The translations under genes and the position numbers were made by a program. Positions 49,334 through 62,490 of a stretch of DNA of 64,000 nt are shown piece by piece. Source of the DNA: Phycisphaerae bacterium. Lineage in GTDB: Bacteria; Planctomycetota; Phycisphaerae; WQYP01. The DNA lies in the NCBI GenBank assembly GCA_049965755.1, contig JBMFVY010000003.1, positions 1,238 through 65,237 of the forward strand, written 5' to 3'. The number at the start of each line of letters is the position of its first letter. Position 1 is the stretch's first letter. The notes under the pieces are model-generated. The model worked only from the letters and a program-made list of their open reading frames with translations, was not told the DNA's origin and made no database searches.

Positions 49334-50314
49334 CTATCGGACGCGCAGCAGCACCTTGCCCATCGGCCCGGCGGCCAACTTCGCAAAGGCCTGGGGGAGC
49401 TGATCAAACGCAAATTCGCTGTCAATCAACGGCCGCTGATCGCCCCCGGCGAGTGTTTCCAGCACATGCCGCCAGGCACTCTGGGCTTCTTCAGCGGTAT
49501 AGCTTCCAACCGCGACACCACCGATACGCAGGCGCCGGAAGAAAAGGCTGGCGGTATTAAATTGGGGCACCGGCCCGGAGAGCCGCCCCACCACACTGAT
49601 CTTTCCCCACATCCCCATCACATCGAGCAACTCTGAAAAGCCGGAGCCGCCGATGTTATCAATCGCCAGGTCGACACGCCGCGAACCGAGATGCGCCAAC
49701 ACCGATTTTCTCCATGTCGGGTCGGCAGGATCGGCGGTGAAGGCGGCACCGAGCTGGCGGAGTTTCGCCGCTTTTTCCGATGAGCGTGAAAGTGCAATCA
49801 CATGGTGCCCCATGGCCGAGGCAAGTTGCGTGGCCGCGACGCCGACACCGCCGGATGCGCCGGTGATCAATACCACCGATCGGCCGACTGAGCCGAACTG
49901 CGTCAGAGCCTGCCACGCCGTGAGATACACCAAGCTGGCACACGCGGCTTGCTGCAGCGTCCATCCAGCGGGCACATGTGCGAGGCAATTGGCGGGTACT
50001 GCGACGCGCTGGGCGAATGTGCCGGCACGTTCAACACCAACCGGACCACGGATAATCAGTGCGTGATCATCCAACTGCCAGCCGCTTACGCCGGATCCGA
50101 CTGCAAGCACGCGCCCCACACCATCACGCCCCAGAATGTGCGGCAGCGGCGGCCGGGCGGGATAGGCTCCCTCGGCCAGATATCGGTCGGCGGGATTAAG
50201 GGCCGAGTAGATGACCTCCAGCAGCACATCGCCGCTATGGAGTTCCGGCTCGGGGACATCGGCCAGTCTGAGATTGTCGATCGAGCCGAGTTTATCAAGC
50301 AACCATGCCTTCAT
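49334..50314 (-). CDS. NADPH:quinone oxidoreductase / zinc-type alcohol dehydrogenase-like (MDR superfamily)
   Basis: MDR fold with a GASGGVG nucleotide-binding motif. Length 326 aa. Confidence 0.85.
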   Translation of the reverse strand: MKAWLLDKLGSIDNLRLADVPEPELHSGDVLLEVIYSALNPADRYLAEGAYPARPPLPHILGRDGVGRVLAVGSGVSGWQLDDHALIIRGPVGVERAGTFAQRVAVPANCLAHVPAGWTLQQAACASLVYLTAWQALTQFGSVGRSVVLITGASGGVGVAATQLASAMGHHVIALSRSSEKAAKLRQLGAAFTADPADPTWRKSVLAHLGSRRVDLAIDNIGGSGFSELLDVMGMWGKISVVGRLSGPVPQFNTASLFFRRLRIGGVAVGSYTAEEAQSAWRHVLETLAGGDQRPLIDSEFAFDQLPQAFAKLAAGPMGKVLLRVR

Positions 50315-50351
50315 ATTACATCTCCAATATCATTTCCGCCATACGCATTTT

Positions 50352-52889
50352 TTACCGGCGCCCCGGCCGCACCGGCGGCACATACGTCAGGGGATCCTCC
50401 GGCCACGGATGCCGCGGATAGCGGGCACGCAGGTCCTTTCTTATCTGATGATAGGACCCCCGCCAGAACCCGGCCAGATCGGCTGTTGTCTGTACGGGAC
50501 GATAGTTGGGCCCCAATATGCGGCATATCACCGCCACTCTGCCGCCAAGCAATTTCGGCGAGGAGACAGCCCCCAATAAATCCGCCACGCGGGCCTCAAT
50601 CACCGGCCCCTCGGGCGTATAGTCAATCTCCACCCTTTTTCCCGACGGCAGAAGCAGATGTTCGGGGAGAAGCGAATCAAGCTGATGTCGGATGTCATGG
50701 GGCAGTGCGGCAAGATACAGTTCCAGCATCCGGCTCTCGTCCGGCGCCTGGCGAAGATTGCCGGCAGTCATAAAATCGGCTGTAGCTATCGCCAGATATT
50801 CGGCAGTGAATTCCGGTATCTCGGCCCGACCCGTAAGACGCCGAAACAATTCCACGCGGTTGGCCAGTGATATAAGTGCCGAGTTCGTAGTCAGGAGGTG
50901 CCGGGCGATCGGAAGGATTCCCCCCTCAATGACGTGCCGTGCGGCCTCCATATCCGGCGATGGATCAGGCTGTGATTTAATACACAGATCAGCAAAGCGT
51001 GTCTCGATCAAGGCTGAAAACCGCCGGTGCTCATCATCCCAGATCACCATTTTTTTTCGGCAGAGTTGGGGTGCATCGGAGGCAAGAATATCCTCCATGG
51101 AAATGCGTGCCGCGAGGCGGATGATGGCGTGCCTTTGCCGGTCGTCATTTTTTTCAATGTCTAACGCGATGAGGGCTTCTGCAAAATCCGCACTCTTGTG
51201 GTTGGCGAGTTCAACACCGGTGCCCCCCACCATCACGCCCCTGCGCGGATCGCGCCGATCCATCACACAAAGCCGATCCGGAAACCCCACACACACCAAT
51301 TTCGCCATGATACTCGGCGATGGCATGAGTGGGAGCCGCTCCGGCACGCGGCATTGCCGACACAGGCGACGAAAAAGCTGTAGAACGGAGCCGATTGGTG
51401 AACCGCCTGTAGATTTGCTCTCACCGAGGGCCGCAAAATCATCTGCCGCCTGCCGCAGGTAGATGGCAAGATCCCACGATCCGGCGTCCCGGCGATTCAC
51501 CATGGTCGTTCCCACATCGGACAAGAGCGCGGCAATCAGCGCAGCCCAGGCGGCATGTCCATTTTCGATCCCGGCAACCAAAATGCGAGAAAGCCGCGGA
51601 TGAAGTGGAAAATTCACCAGCCGACGCCCCAATTCGGTCAGCTTGAAGTTGTCTTCCCCGCCGGAAGCCGCCCCAAGGTTGCAGAGCAGGTCTCGGGCCG
51701 CCTGCACACCGACTGCTGGGGGCATGGTGAGCCAGTTCAGCGCATCAAAACCCGCCGGATTCCAGGCGTACACATCCAGACACAGATTGGAAAGATCAAC
51801 ACGCTCTATTTCCGGAGGATCCGCGGGCAGTTGATGTTTCCACTGGGCCGCGTCCCAAAGGCGAATGCACGTTCCCTGCGCAGTGCGACCCGCTCGGCCG
51901 GCCCGCTGTTGGGCGGACGCCTGCGAAATCCTGCGCGTTGAAAGGCGATTAATACCCCGATGCGGATCATAATCGGCATATCGCGCCAATCCCGAATCGA
52001 TGACCAGTGTCACACCGTCCACCGTGAGCGACGTCTCGGCAACGTTGGTGGCCAGTATGATTTTCCGCGCCTGCGACGGCGAGATGGCGGCGGTCTGTTC
52101 GGCGAGCGGCTGACTACCATGAAGAGGACAGATTCTCATGCCGTGGTGCCGAGCAACGGATGCGAGTTGTTGGGCGACGCGCTGAATTTCATAAACCCCC
52201 GGCAGGAAAATCAATACATGCCCGTCATCGACAAGCTGCAATCCATCCTCCACGGCATCGCGGCAGACCATTTCCAGCGTGCGGCCCGCCGGCGGCGAGT
52301 AGCGAATCTGCACGGGAAACATGCGGCCGGGAATCTGCATACATGGCGCGGAGAGAAAATCTGCGATGGGGCCGGCATCGATGGTGGCGGAGGAAATGAT
52401 CAGCTTCAAATCGGGCCGCAGATGGGCACGGACATCCGCCAGCATGGCCAGAGCTTCGTCGAGATGCAGCGTCCGCATGTGAAATTCGTCGAGAATCACT
52501 GCACCGATTCCCTCAAGGGCCGGATCGGATTGCAGCCGCCGATTTAATATCCCTTCCGTCATGATGATGATCTGCGTATCGGGGCCGGTGCAATTTTCCA
52601 TCCGCACCTGATAACCGACTCTGCCGCCAAGCTGCCAGTTATTTTCCGCGGCGATGCGGGCGGCCAGTGCCCGAGTAGCGATACGCCGGGGTTGAAGCAC
52701 AATCACACCCGAGTTCTCACAACTGAGGATTCCGCTTCGGTAGACCGCGGGTGGGATGCGTGTCGTCTTGCCGGCACCGGGGGCAGCGACCACCACGACG
52801 GCTCCGGCGGCACGCAGATGATCGATCATCTGCGGCAGGTACTCGTCAATCGGGAGAGATTGGGGAGTCTTGGCGGGCGATGCAGTCAT
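50352..52889 (-). CDS. hrpB: ATP-dependent RNA helicase HrpB (DEAH-box)
   Basis: Walker A APGAGKTT, DEFH box, HA2 and HrpB-specific C-terminal domain. Length 845 aa. Confidence 0.9.
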   Translation of the reverse strand: MTASPAKTPQSLPIDEYLPQMIDHLRAAGAVVVVAAPGAGKTTRIPPAVYRSGILSCENSGVIVLQPRRIATRALAARIAAENNWQLGGRVGYQVRMENCTGPDTQIIIMTEGILNRRLQSDPALEGIGAVILDEFHMRTLHLDEALAMLADVRAHLRPDLKLIISSATIDAGPIADFLSAPCMQIPGRMFPVQIRYSPPAGRTLEMVCRDAVEDGLQLVDDGHVLIFLPGVYEIQRVAQQLASVARHHGMRICPLHGSQPLAEQTAAISPSQARKIILATNVAETSLTVDGVTLVIDSGLARYADYDPHRGINRLSTRRISQASAQQRAGRAGRTAQGTCIRLWDAAQWKHQLPADPPEIERVDLSNLCLDVYAWNPAGFDALNWLTMPPAVGVQAARDLLCNLGAASGGEDNFKLTELGRRLVNFPLHPRLSRILVAGIENGHAAWAALIAALLSDVGTTMVNRRDAGSWDLAIYLRQAADDFAALGESKSTGGSPIGSVLQLFRRLCRQCRVPERLPLMPSPSIMAKLVCVGFPDRLCVMDRRDPRRGVMVGGTGVELANHKSADFAEALIALDIEKNDDRQRHAIIRLAARISMEDILASDAPQLCRKKMVIWDDEHRRFSALIETRFADLCIKSQPDPSPDMEAARHVIEGGILPIARHLLTTNSALISLANRVELFRRLTGRAEIPEFTAEYLAIATADFMTAGNLRQAPDESRMLELYLAALPHDIRHQLDSLLPEHLLLPSGKRVEIDYTPEGPVIEARVADLLGAVSSPKLLGGRVAVICRILGPNYRPVQTTADLAGFWRGSYHQIRKDLRARYPRHPWPEDPLTYVPPVRPGRR

Positions 52890-53024
52890 CGGTCTGATTG
52901 TAACGCCGGCGGCAAATCACATACAGCCGCCAATGCACCCCGCAGCGATGGCGCTGTGCCGCAAGCACATGTGCAGCGGGGGTTTCCACATCACAGAGCC
53001 CGCCCGTTTTCGTCGCAGCCGGGC

Positions 53025-54257
53025 TTAATACAATTTGCCGGGAATCGGCAGCGGCCCGACTAACCCTTTGGCGTAACGCACATATTCTGTGGAAATATCG
53101 CATCCATTTTTCACCCACGTCGGGTCCAGATGTTTGGTCTGCCGGGCGACATTCGTCAGGGCCGTCGGGAAATAATCCACCTGATAAGGAGAATCGGACA
53201 GGCGTTTGATGGCGACCGATCCGCTGATTAATCCTTCCAGTGCCGCCATGGAATATTTCACCGCCATGCGTCCACATTGCCGGGCCTCGTGGGCATCGGA
53301 TTGGCTAACAATGCCGGGGAAGCTGCGCTGAAGATATCCGAAGGTGTCGGCCCGCACGCGCAATTTTGCGCCGGATCGCTGCTGAATGATCGCCCCAAGC
53401 TTGTTCTTGACCAGATCGGATAGATAGTCGCCAAGTGCCCCGCTGCCCGAAAGTTGCTTGTTGCCGTGGGCGTCCACCTCGCCCCCCTGCATCGCCTTTT
53501 CAGTCACCAGCGAGTTTTTGTCTCCCGCCTTGTAGCGAATCCCCTCGCTTACCGCCACAACGCAGCGGCCCAGTTTGGTGTAGATGCGGTCGACATCGCC
53601 CAGAAATTTATCCTCATTAAAATCCACCTCCGGCACGTAAATCAGGTGCGGACCGTCCTGCTCATCATGGCGTGCGAGCACCGATGACGCCGTAAGCCAC
53701 CCCGCATCGCGTCCCATGATGACATCGATCTTCACCCCTTTGAGCGATCGATTATCCAGATCATCCCCCATGAGCGCCAGCGCCACGAAACGACCGGCCG
53801 ACCCGTAACCGGGGCAGTGATCGGTGGTGCGCAGATCATTATCGATGGTTTTCGGCACGTGATAGACGCGCAGCGGATAGCCGGAGGAAACGGCCATTTC
53901 ACTTACAATCCGGGCGGTGTCGGCGGAATCATTGCCGCCGATGTAATAAAAGTAGCCGACGGAATGCTTCCGGAAGCTTTCAAAAATTTTCTGGCAATAC
54001 GCTTCATCCGGCTTATCACGCGTGGAGCCCAATGCACTCGATGGAGTTTGAGCCACCTGTTCCAGCAGGCCCGATTCCAGATTATTAAGGTCGATGAAAT
54101 CGCCGTTGATGATGCCGCGAACTCCGTGTTTGGCGCCGAGAATCTTCCCTACCGATTTCTGCTGGTAAAGTTCCTCAATAACGCCCACGAGGGACTGATT
54201 AATCACCGCAGTCGGCCCACCCGACTGTCCCACAACCGCATTAATACCTGACGCCAT
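53025..54257 (-). CDS. pfp: pyrophosphate-dependent 6-phosphofructokinase
   Basis: PFK fold with GGNDS (Asp at the position where ATP-PFKs have Gly) and PKTIDND (Lys at the 124-equivalent). Both are diagnostic for PPi specificity. Confidence 0.85.
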   Translation of the reverse strand: MASGINAVVGQSGGPTAVINQSLVGVIEELYQQKSVGKILGAKHGVRGIINGDFIDLNNLESGLLEQVAQTPSSALGSTRDKPDEAYCQKIFESFRKHSVGYFYYIGGNDSADTARIVSEMAVSSGYPLRVYHVPKTIDNDLRTTDHCPGYGSAGRFVALALMGDDLDNRSLKGVKIDVIMGRDAGWLTASSVLARHDEQDGPHLIYVPEVDFNEDKFLGDVDRIYTKLGRCVVAVSEGIRYKAGDKNSLVTEKAMQGGEVDAHGNKQLSGSGALGDYLSDLVKNKLGAIIQQRSGAKLRVRADTFGYLQRSFPGIVSQSDAHEARQCGRMAVKYSMAALEGLISGSVAIKRLSDSPYQVDYFPTALTNVARQTKHLDPTWVKNGCDISTEYVRYAKGLVGPLPIPGKLY

Positions 54258-54933
54258 AATACCTTACTCCAAAGAAACCATTTACAGCGCGAAAGTATAG
54301 GGAAATAAAGCGTGTCCGACAATCCGAGCAATCGGTTCGATGAAATATAGTGAGCATTTTTCGCGGGTTTGCTGGCTGGCTGAAGTGGACAAAGGGAGAA
54401 GTCGGGCCAACATGGAACCGCACTTCGCGCAATGTAATCTGTTTTTTTCACGCGGAGGTTGAAAGGTGGAAAGATTTCATCATCAAAGTTATCCCGTTCA
54501 TCGCTTCGACCCCAAAGGCAGAGGGGAATCACTTGTCCTGGTTTTTTTCGGCTTTTGCCGTAGCGTGTGGCCACCCTTGCAGCGTCCTCTTTCGTAGTTG
54601 AATACAGCACGGCCTCTGTGTACAGCGGTGCGATGAGCCTCTGCGATTGAATCGGTTTTCACCGCGTTGCCTTGGTGGTGGTGACGGTGGGCGCGATCCA
54701 CCGGCACAATGAATGTGCCGGCTAACGCGAACAACAATTTGGGCCGGTTGCCATGGCGGCGCGTCGGGATAACGTGTCCGAGGTGGCCGGTGCAATGGGA
54801 ACGCGGCGGCACGTCTGGCGTTCCATGGGATTGTGTGTTACAAACCGATGGACGGGAGATCGCGGGACGTTTTTACCGCGTCAAACCTCCACAGCGGTCA
54901 TCTCCCCGACGGTCGGCGTATCGGGAGTGTGCC

Positions 54934-55896
54934 TTGCCCATCATCACTGTATCCCTGAGCCCTGCGATTGATGTTACCCTCCAGGCGGATCATCTGCGTA
55001 TCGGCGAACACCAGAAGGTCAAACTCGTTTCGCAATCTGCCGCCGGTAAGGCGATTAATGTCAATCGGGCACTCACGGCGATGGGAATACCCACCAAGGC
55101 AACCGGCTTTGTCGGCATCAGCGATGCGGACTTTTTTCGTCAGCAGATTATGGGCCAGAAACTCGGCGGCCGCGGTATCGCCACCTATCGGCTCATCAGC
55201 CTGGATCAACCGACCCGACAGAACATCACGATTCTCTCGGCCGAAGGGGAAACTCACCTGCGAATGGAGGGCTTCGCACTGGGTGAACTGGAAATGCGCC
55301 GACTCTCGGGGGAGGTAAGGGCGGTGGCATCTGCGGGCGACATGGTGGTGGTGGCGGGGAGTGTGCCGGAAAGTATTTTGGACGCGGATGCCGCGCTCTG
55401 GATGGATTTCCTGCGGCAGATATTGCAGACGGGCGCCCGGATCGCCATCGACACGTCCGGCGCCGCGCTGCGGGCATGCTGCCGGGAAAAGCTGCTGGTT
55501 GCCAAACCGAATCTGACGGAATTGGGGGAAGTTTCGGGCGAAACCATTGCGTTTGACCCGCCGGCAATTGCCGCCATCGCGCGAAGAATCTTGCCGAACA
55601 CGCGACACCGGGTGATAAGCTGCGGCGGAAACGGAGCGATATGGGTGGGGGATGAGCGGGCCCTCTGGGCCCATTACGACGCGCCGCTGCGGGTGGTGCG
55701 GACGGTGGGGTGTGGCGATTTTCTGCTGGCGGGGTTTCTCGCGGGACTCTATGCCGAGCTTACACCGGAGGATTCCATCCGCCGCGGCATTACCACCGCC
55801 ACGGCGCGCGCGGCGAGTCTTGGCGATGCAACCGAGACCCTTTCACCCATGGAGATGAAATCAATCGAGGCCCAGGTGCAGGTAGAGAGCGTCTGA
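54934..55896 (+). CDS. PfkB-family sugar kinase (1-phosphofructokinase/tagatose-6-P kinase-like)
   Basis: PfkB signatures (N-terminal TVSLSPAIDVT; C-terminal GCGDFLLAGFLAG). Start assigned to TTG 54934, which reproduces the canonical N-terminus; the track ORF from 54709 overlaps the pfp promoter region. Confidence 0.75.
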   Translation: MPIITVSLSPAIDVTLQADHLRIGEHQKVKLVSQSAAGKAINVNRALTAMGIPTKATGFVGISDADFFRQQIMGQKLGGRGIATYRLISLDQPTRQNITILSAEGETHLRMEGFALGELEMRRLSGEVRAVASAGDMVVVAGSVPESILDADAALWMDFLRQILQTGARIAIDTSGAALRACCREKLLVAKPNLTELGEVSGETIAFDPPAIAAIARRILPNTRHRVISCGGNGAIWVGDERALWAHYDAPLRVVRTVGCGDFLLAGFLAGLYAELTPEDSIRRGITTATARAASLGDATETLSPMEMKSIEAQVQVESV

Positions 55897-55928
55897 CCCT
55901 CGGCCACCGCGCAGATTCGGCTGGGGCG

Positions 55929-58685
<2,757 letters not shown>

Positions 58686-58833
58686 TATGGTCGGCCTTTC
58701 ATCAATCGCAGGCGATCATCGCCCGCTGAAGTTCCTATCTTATTCAATTGGCGGATTGTTTCCACTTGCCCGGGTCGGCGGAAGGTCGCGCCGGCCTGTA
58801 TCCGGGGTGGACCGAGGGCGGCAGATGGCGGGG

Positions 58834-58908
58834 CCAACCTTACCCCCTTCATCTTGTCTTAACACCCATAGGGTACTATCCTGATGATATTATCATGGGT
58901 AAGGTTGG
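58834..58908. promoter_or_regulatory. nested inverted repeats in the acnA / SYLF-gene divergent region: 12-bp perfect inverted repeat enclosing a Fur-family-like palindrome
   Basis: Outer arms CCAACCTTACCC (58834-58845) and GGGTAAGGTTGG (58897-58908). Inner palindrome ATGATA-T-TATCAT (58884-58896) resembles a Fur/Zur/PerR-type half-site (GATAAT/ATTATC). The right arm ends 22 nt before the lipoprotein gene start. Confidence 0.35.
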
Positions 58909-58929
58909 ACTTTTTAAGGAGTTCGGATC

Positions 58930-59496
58930 GTGAAACAAAGAACCGTGTCTCTTTTCGGAATGCTGGCGGCGTTGGTTCTCGTAACCTTGGCGGGCTGCTC
59001 TGAGCCTGTGACACCCACCACCCCCGCATCACGCGATTACATGTCCGCACGGGTGAAGGGAACGATAGCCGAATTCATCTCCACCAAGCCGCTGATTAAA
59101 CAGCTTATGGCGTCGGCCTATGGGTACGCGGTGCTTCCATCCGTCGGAACCGGTGCGTTTGTGATCGGTGGAGCGGAAGGACGCGGCGAGGTGTTTGAGC
59201 AGGGACGATTTATCGGGTATTGCAAACTGACCAGCGCATCGATCGGCGCCCAGATCGGCGGCCAAAGCTTCAGTGAATTGATTCTATTCCAAAATGCAGC
59301 CACCATGGCCGCATTTAAGGAAGGCGAAACTACATTCAACGCCCGTGCGTCGGCAGTCGTCGCGGCCAGCGGCGCCGGGACGGCGGTGAATTACGTTCGA
59401 GGTGTGCTGGTTTATGTGCTGCCGCTGCAGGGATTCATGGCACAGGCCGCAATCGGTGGGCAGCATTTTACTTTTGCACCGCTGCTGAGTAACTGA
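58930..59496 (+). CDS. SYLF (Ysc84/DUF500) domain lipoprotein
   Basis: GTG start after AAGGAG, lipobox LVTLAGCSE, and the SYLF-like core YGYAVLPSVGTGAFVIGGAEGRGEVF. Confidence 0.6.
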   Translation: MKQRTVSLFGMLAALVLVTLAGCSEPVTPTTPASRDYMSARVKGTIAEFISTKPLIKQLMASAYGYAVLPSVGTGAFVIGGAEGRGEVFEQGRFIGYCKLTSASIGAQIGGQSFSELILFQNAATMAAFKEGETTFNARASAVVAASGAGTAVNYVRGVLVYVLPLQGFMAQAAIGGQHFTFAPLLSN

Positions 59497-59559
59497 ATCA
59501 TTACCGATCTGACTGATCTTGATGCGTGGATAACGGCTGGCGGCGCGAGCGAGCGGCTG

Positions 59560-60057
59560 ATGCGGCGACGCGTTTGGACGGCGTATCAGCCGCGGGTCGC
59601 GGAAATGACGCCGATGGGGGCGATATCAGCCGTCACGATTCATCACTCCGGTTTTCCGGAGGGATTCCGTGCGACCGGTGAGGCAGACGCAGCCGAAAAT
59701 TTGCGATTCATTCTTGCATTTCATACCGCCCCCCCGCCGCACGGGCGCGGCTGGGCGGATGTCGGTTACCACTTTGCGGTCGATCCTGCGGGCCGGTTAT
59801 GGGAGCTGCGCAGTTTGCAGTTTCAGGGTGCGCATGTGAAGAATCACAATGCGGGGAATATCGGTGTGGTTTGCCTGGGGAATTTTGATCTTCACCCATT
59901 GCCGCCGGAGCAGTGGGCGGCATTGCAAAGCCTGATCGCTGGCATTGACCGGCAGTGTGGCAGGCTGCGGGTGATGGGGCATCGGGATATTGCCGATGAG
60001 CCGACGAGTTGCCCGGGTGAACATCTTTACCATGCTCTTGCAGCGATCGGAAAATGA
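59560..60057 (+). CDS. N-acetylmuramoyl-L-alanine amidase (Amidase_2 / PGRP family)
   Basis: Amidase_2 zinc-ligand context (IHHSG..., GYHFAVD, ...HRD...SCPG). A 63-nt gap after the SYLF gene. Confidence 0.8.
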   Translation: MRRRVWTAYQPRVAEMTPMGAISAVTIHHSGFPEGFRATGEADAAENLRFILAFHTAPPPHGRGWADVGYHFAVDPAGRLWELRSLQFQGAHVKNHNAGNIGVVCLGNFDLHPLPPEQWAALQSLIAGIDRQCGRLRVMGHRDIADEPTSCPGEHLYHALAAIGK

Positions 60058-60060
60058 AAA

Positions 60061-60090
60061 GCCCCGCGGGGTGGCGTGACCCCGCGGGGC
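60061..60090. terminator. GC-rich hairpin terminator, mainly for the minus-strand PEP-CTERM gene, overlapping the amidase 3' end
   Basis: GCCCCGCGGGG-tggcgtga-CCCCGCGGGGC forms an 11-bp stem. On the minus strand it is followed by TTTTCATTTT. Each arm is also self-complementary (CCCCGCGGGG). Confidence 0.6.
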
Positions 60091-60124
60091 GAATATATGT
60101 AACAGTCCCTCCGTTACGCTCAGC

Positions 60125-62218
60125 TTATCGCCGGAAGCGCAGACGCGGTCGCAGCAGTAAAGCACCGGCGCAGAGTGCCATGAACGCCAGTGCACCCGGT
60201 TCAGGGGTGATCACCGCCGCGGTTCCAATCCCAATGACTTCGAACTGATTATTGGGCGCATCACTGACGGTCCATGCGGTATCGGTGCTGGGGTCGATAC
60301 CGTAGGAGCCGTCAAAGAGCAGCCACTGGCTGTCGGTAAGTTGGGAGAGGGCTGTAATCCCCGTTCCGAGAACGGACTGCACGAGAGATAGGAATGAGCC
60401 ACTGTAGTCGGTTTGTGCGTCGGCGCCGGTGGACAATTGGTCCAAGCTGGTTGGGAGGTCAAGCGAATTGCCGACGACATCTGCAAGATAAATTCCGGTA
60501 TCACCATTTGGGTTGGTAAAGGTTTCGCCATAATAGGTTGGGACGTCCAAAGCTGGCGGATCCTGCACCGTGATAACCGGCGAGAGCACGAACACAGGGA
60601 GCCACGCGGCGGGGTTTTGGGCCGGTGCGCCTCCTACGCCGGGGTAGGCATTGAGCTTGGCACCAGCGCCAATCACAGGATTATTCTGTTGCGGTGCGTT
60701 GAATGGTGTACCGGTATCAGCGGTGCCGTTTACCATGACTAATTTTCCAGTCGCAACGCTGAAGAGAGGGACGCTTCCCCCGGCGTAGGCCCAATTCTTC
60801 CCGGGCCGGGCGTTCGTCAGCGTGTAGTCGGCCGGATTCGCGGCGGCCCCACCCGCCTTCAGCACGTAGGTCACGCTGGACGCGCCGACTGTGCCGTCGT
60901 TGAAATATGCCTCCCCCGGAGTTATCGCGGGTGCCACCGCCCAGCCGAAGTTAAACATCTTTGGCGCGTTAGCCGCATCATCCGGTCCACGAGCGACGAA
61001 AAATTGTGTCGGGCCAGTGCCGGAAATGGAAACGCCGTTGCCGCCGCTGGCACCGCTGCCACCTGGCCCGCTGTTGCCGCCCGCTCCGCCAGTCGGGACA
61101 GTGAACGCGGGATTCGATGGGGTTGAATGATCCAGCGGGGTATTGGCCGGTTGAACCAGCGATGCGGATTGGCCCTGGGTCAGGCTCGGCGCCGAGGTGC
61201 TCGTGGTTACATCCAAGTTGATGGTGTTCTGGCCGCTATTGTTCGATGTAAAGTGATTGGAAAAGCCAAACACGTAATAGGTACTTGCCGGGAGATTGGT
61301 TGGGATGCTGGTGAGCGAGGCATTCCAGCCGCTGAAATTGTTGCTGTTATCCTGCAGGGTGCCGTAGTTAATCAGTTGGTAGGTGCCGGTATTGAAATTC
61401 GCGCCGGGCGTTACCGAGAGCGAAATTTGGGGGTTGATGACCAATTGCCCAGTCACGTCGGCCATATCGTTACCGTTAGTGCCACCGGTTTGGTTGGGGG
61501 CGTTGAGGGAATAACTCAGGTCCGCTCCCGTCGAGAGCACCAACGCATTGCTGCCGGAATCGCTGAAGGTGAGCAGATCACCCGCGTTGCCGCTTCCAGG
61601 TGCGAGTGTTGCTCCGCTTTGAATGGATGTGTTGCCACCGACAATACCATCGCCGCCCAAGGTGCCCGAGGTCGCCCCTCCGTTAACCAAGACGGGGCCC
61701 GTACCGGTGGAGGATCCGCCCCCGGTGGTGAACGGTGTTCCGGCGTCGTCGGCCAGGAGTGTACCGTCGTTGATCGTCGTTCCACCGGAATAGGTATTGG
61801 CTACGCTGTTCCCGATGGTCAGCGTGGAAGACCCCTCTTTGAGCAGGCTTCCGCTGCCGGCAATGTAACCACCGCCGGAAAATACGTAATTGTTGGTGGT
61901 GCTGTCGACGATGACACTGGCGGGGTTAAGGGGGGGCGTCTGGGGAGCGATGGTGACGTTGGAATTCGACGGCCCTGCGGTGTCATCAAACTGCGCCGTG
62001 TCACCATTGGCATAGAGATTGTTTGCGGTATTCCAGTTTGCGCTGGTGGTATCCCAGAGATTATTACCACTGCCGTTGGTCCAGATGGCGGTAGGAGCGG
62101 TGGTAGCGTATGCGCTCGTGGCCATGGCAGCAGCCAGGACGGCCAAGGCGATAGGGACTGCCGCTGCGGCTGGTGATCGCGGTCGGCGAGCCTGAAGATG
62201 GTAACAACTTGTTCTCAT
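60125..62218 (-). CDS. large PEP-CTERM sorting-domain protein with autotransporter-passenger-like beta-strand repeats
   Basis: C-terminal VITPEPGALAFMALCAGALLLRPRLRFRR. N-terminal signal peptide. Gly/Thr/Asn-rich repeats (TLTIGNSVANTYSGGTTINDGTLL...). RBS GGAGG lies 9 nt before ATG 62218. Confidence 0.8.
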   Translation of the reverse strand: MRTSCYHLQARRPRSPAAAAVPIALAVLAAAMATSAYATTAPTAIWTNGSGNNLWDTTSANWNTANNLYANGDTAQFDDTAGPSNSNVTIAPQTPPLNPASVIVDSTTNNYVFSGGGYIAGSGSLLKEGSSTLTIGNSVANTYSGGTTINDGTLLADDAGTPFTTGGGSSTGTGPVLVNGGATSGTLGGDGIVGGNTSIQSGATLAPGSGNAGDLLTFSDSGSNALVLSTGADLSYSLNAPNQTGGTNGNDMADVTGQLVINPQISLSVTPGANFNTGTYQLINYGTLQDNSNNFSGWNASLTSIPTNLPASTYYVFGFSNHFTSNNSGQNTINLDVTTSTSAPSLTQGQSASLVQPANTPLDHSTPSNPAFTVPTGGAGGNSGPGGSGASGGNGVSISGTGPTQFFVARGPDDAANAPKMFNFGWAVAPAITPGEAYFNDGTVGASSVTYVLKAGGAAANPADYTLTNARPGKNWAYAGGSVPLFSVATGKLVMVNGTADTGTPFNAPQQNNPVIGAGAKLNAYPGVGGAPAQNPAAWLPVFVLSPVITVQDPPALDVPTYYGETFTNPNGDTGIYLADVVGNSLDLPTSLDQLSTGADAQTDYSGSFLSLVQSVLGTGITALSQLTDSQWLLFDGSYGIDPSTDTAWTVSDAPNNQFEVIGIGTAAVITPEPGALAFMALCAGALLLRPRLRFRR

Positions 62219-62490
62219 AACGAGACCTCCAAAAAAGTCAGTTCTCGCAGGCGCTGCGGCGGCCTTCGGGAATCCGAAAGCAATCGCGCCGCCCCACGTC
62301 CGGCGGAGCTGATCGATGCCGAATCAAAGGCGGAGATTGCCAACATACGGCAATCTCAGACACCTCATCCCTGAGGTAAAACTGAGTTTAATCGCTGTAC
62401 TGACCAAAGCCTTTGAAAAGCCAGCTTCGAGTCAAATCCAGCGTGGGAAAAGTAGGGTTGAACGCACCTGCCCCCATTCACTGAAAACAG

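Noticed and set aside
61127-62176. 349-aa plus-strand ORF antisense to the large PEP-CTERM gene
   Set aside because: Gly/Arg-rich mirror of the repeat region. No start context. The PEP-CTERM frame has the signal peptide and sorting motif.
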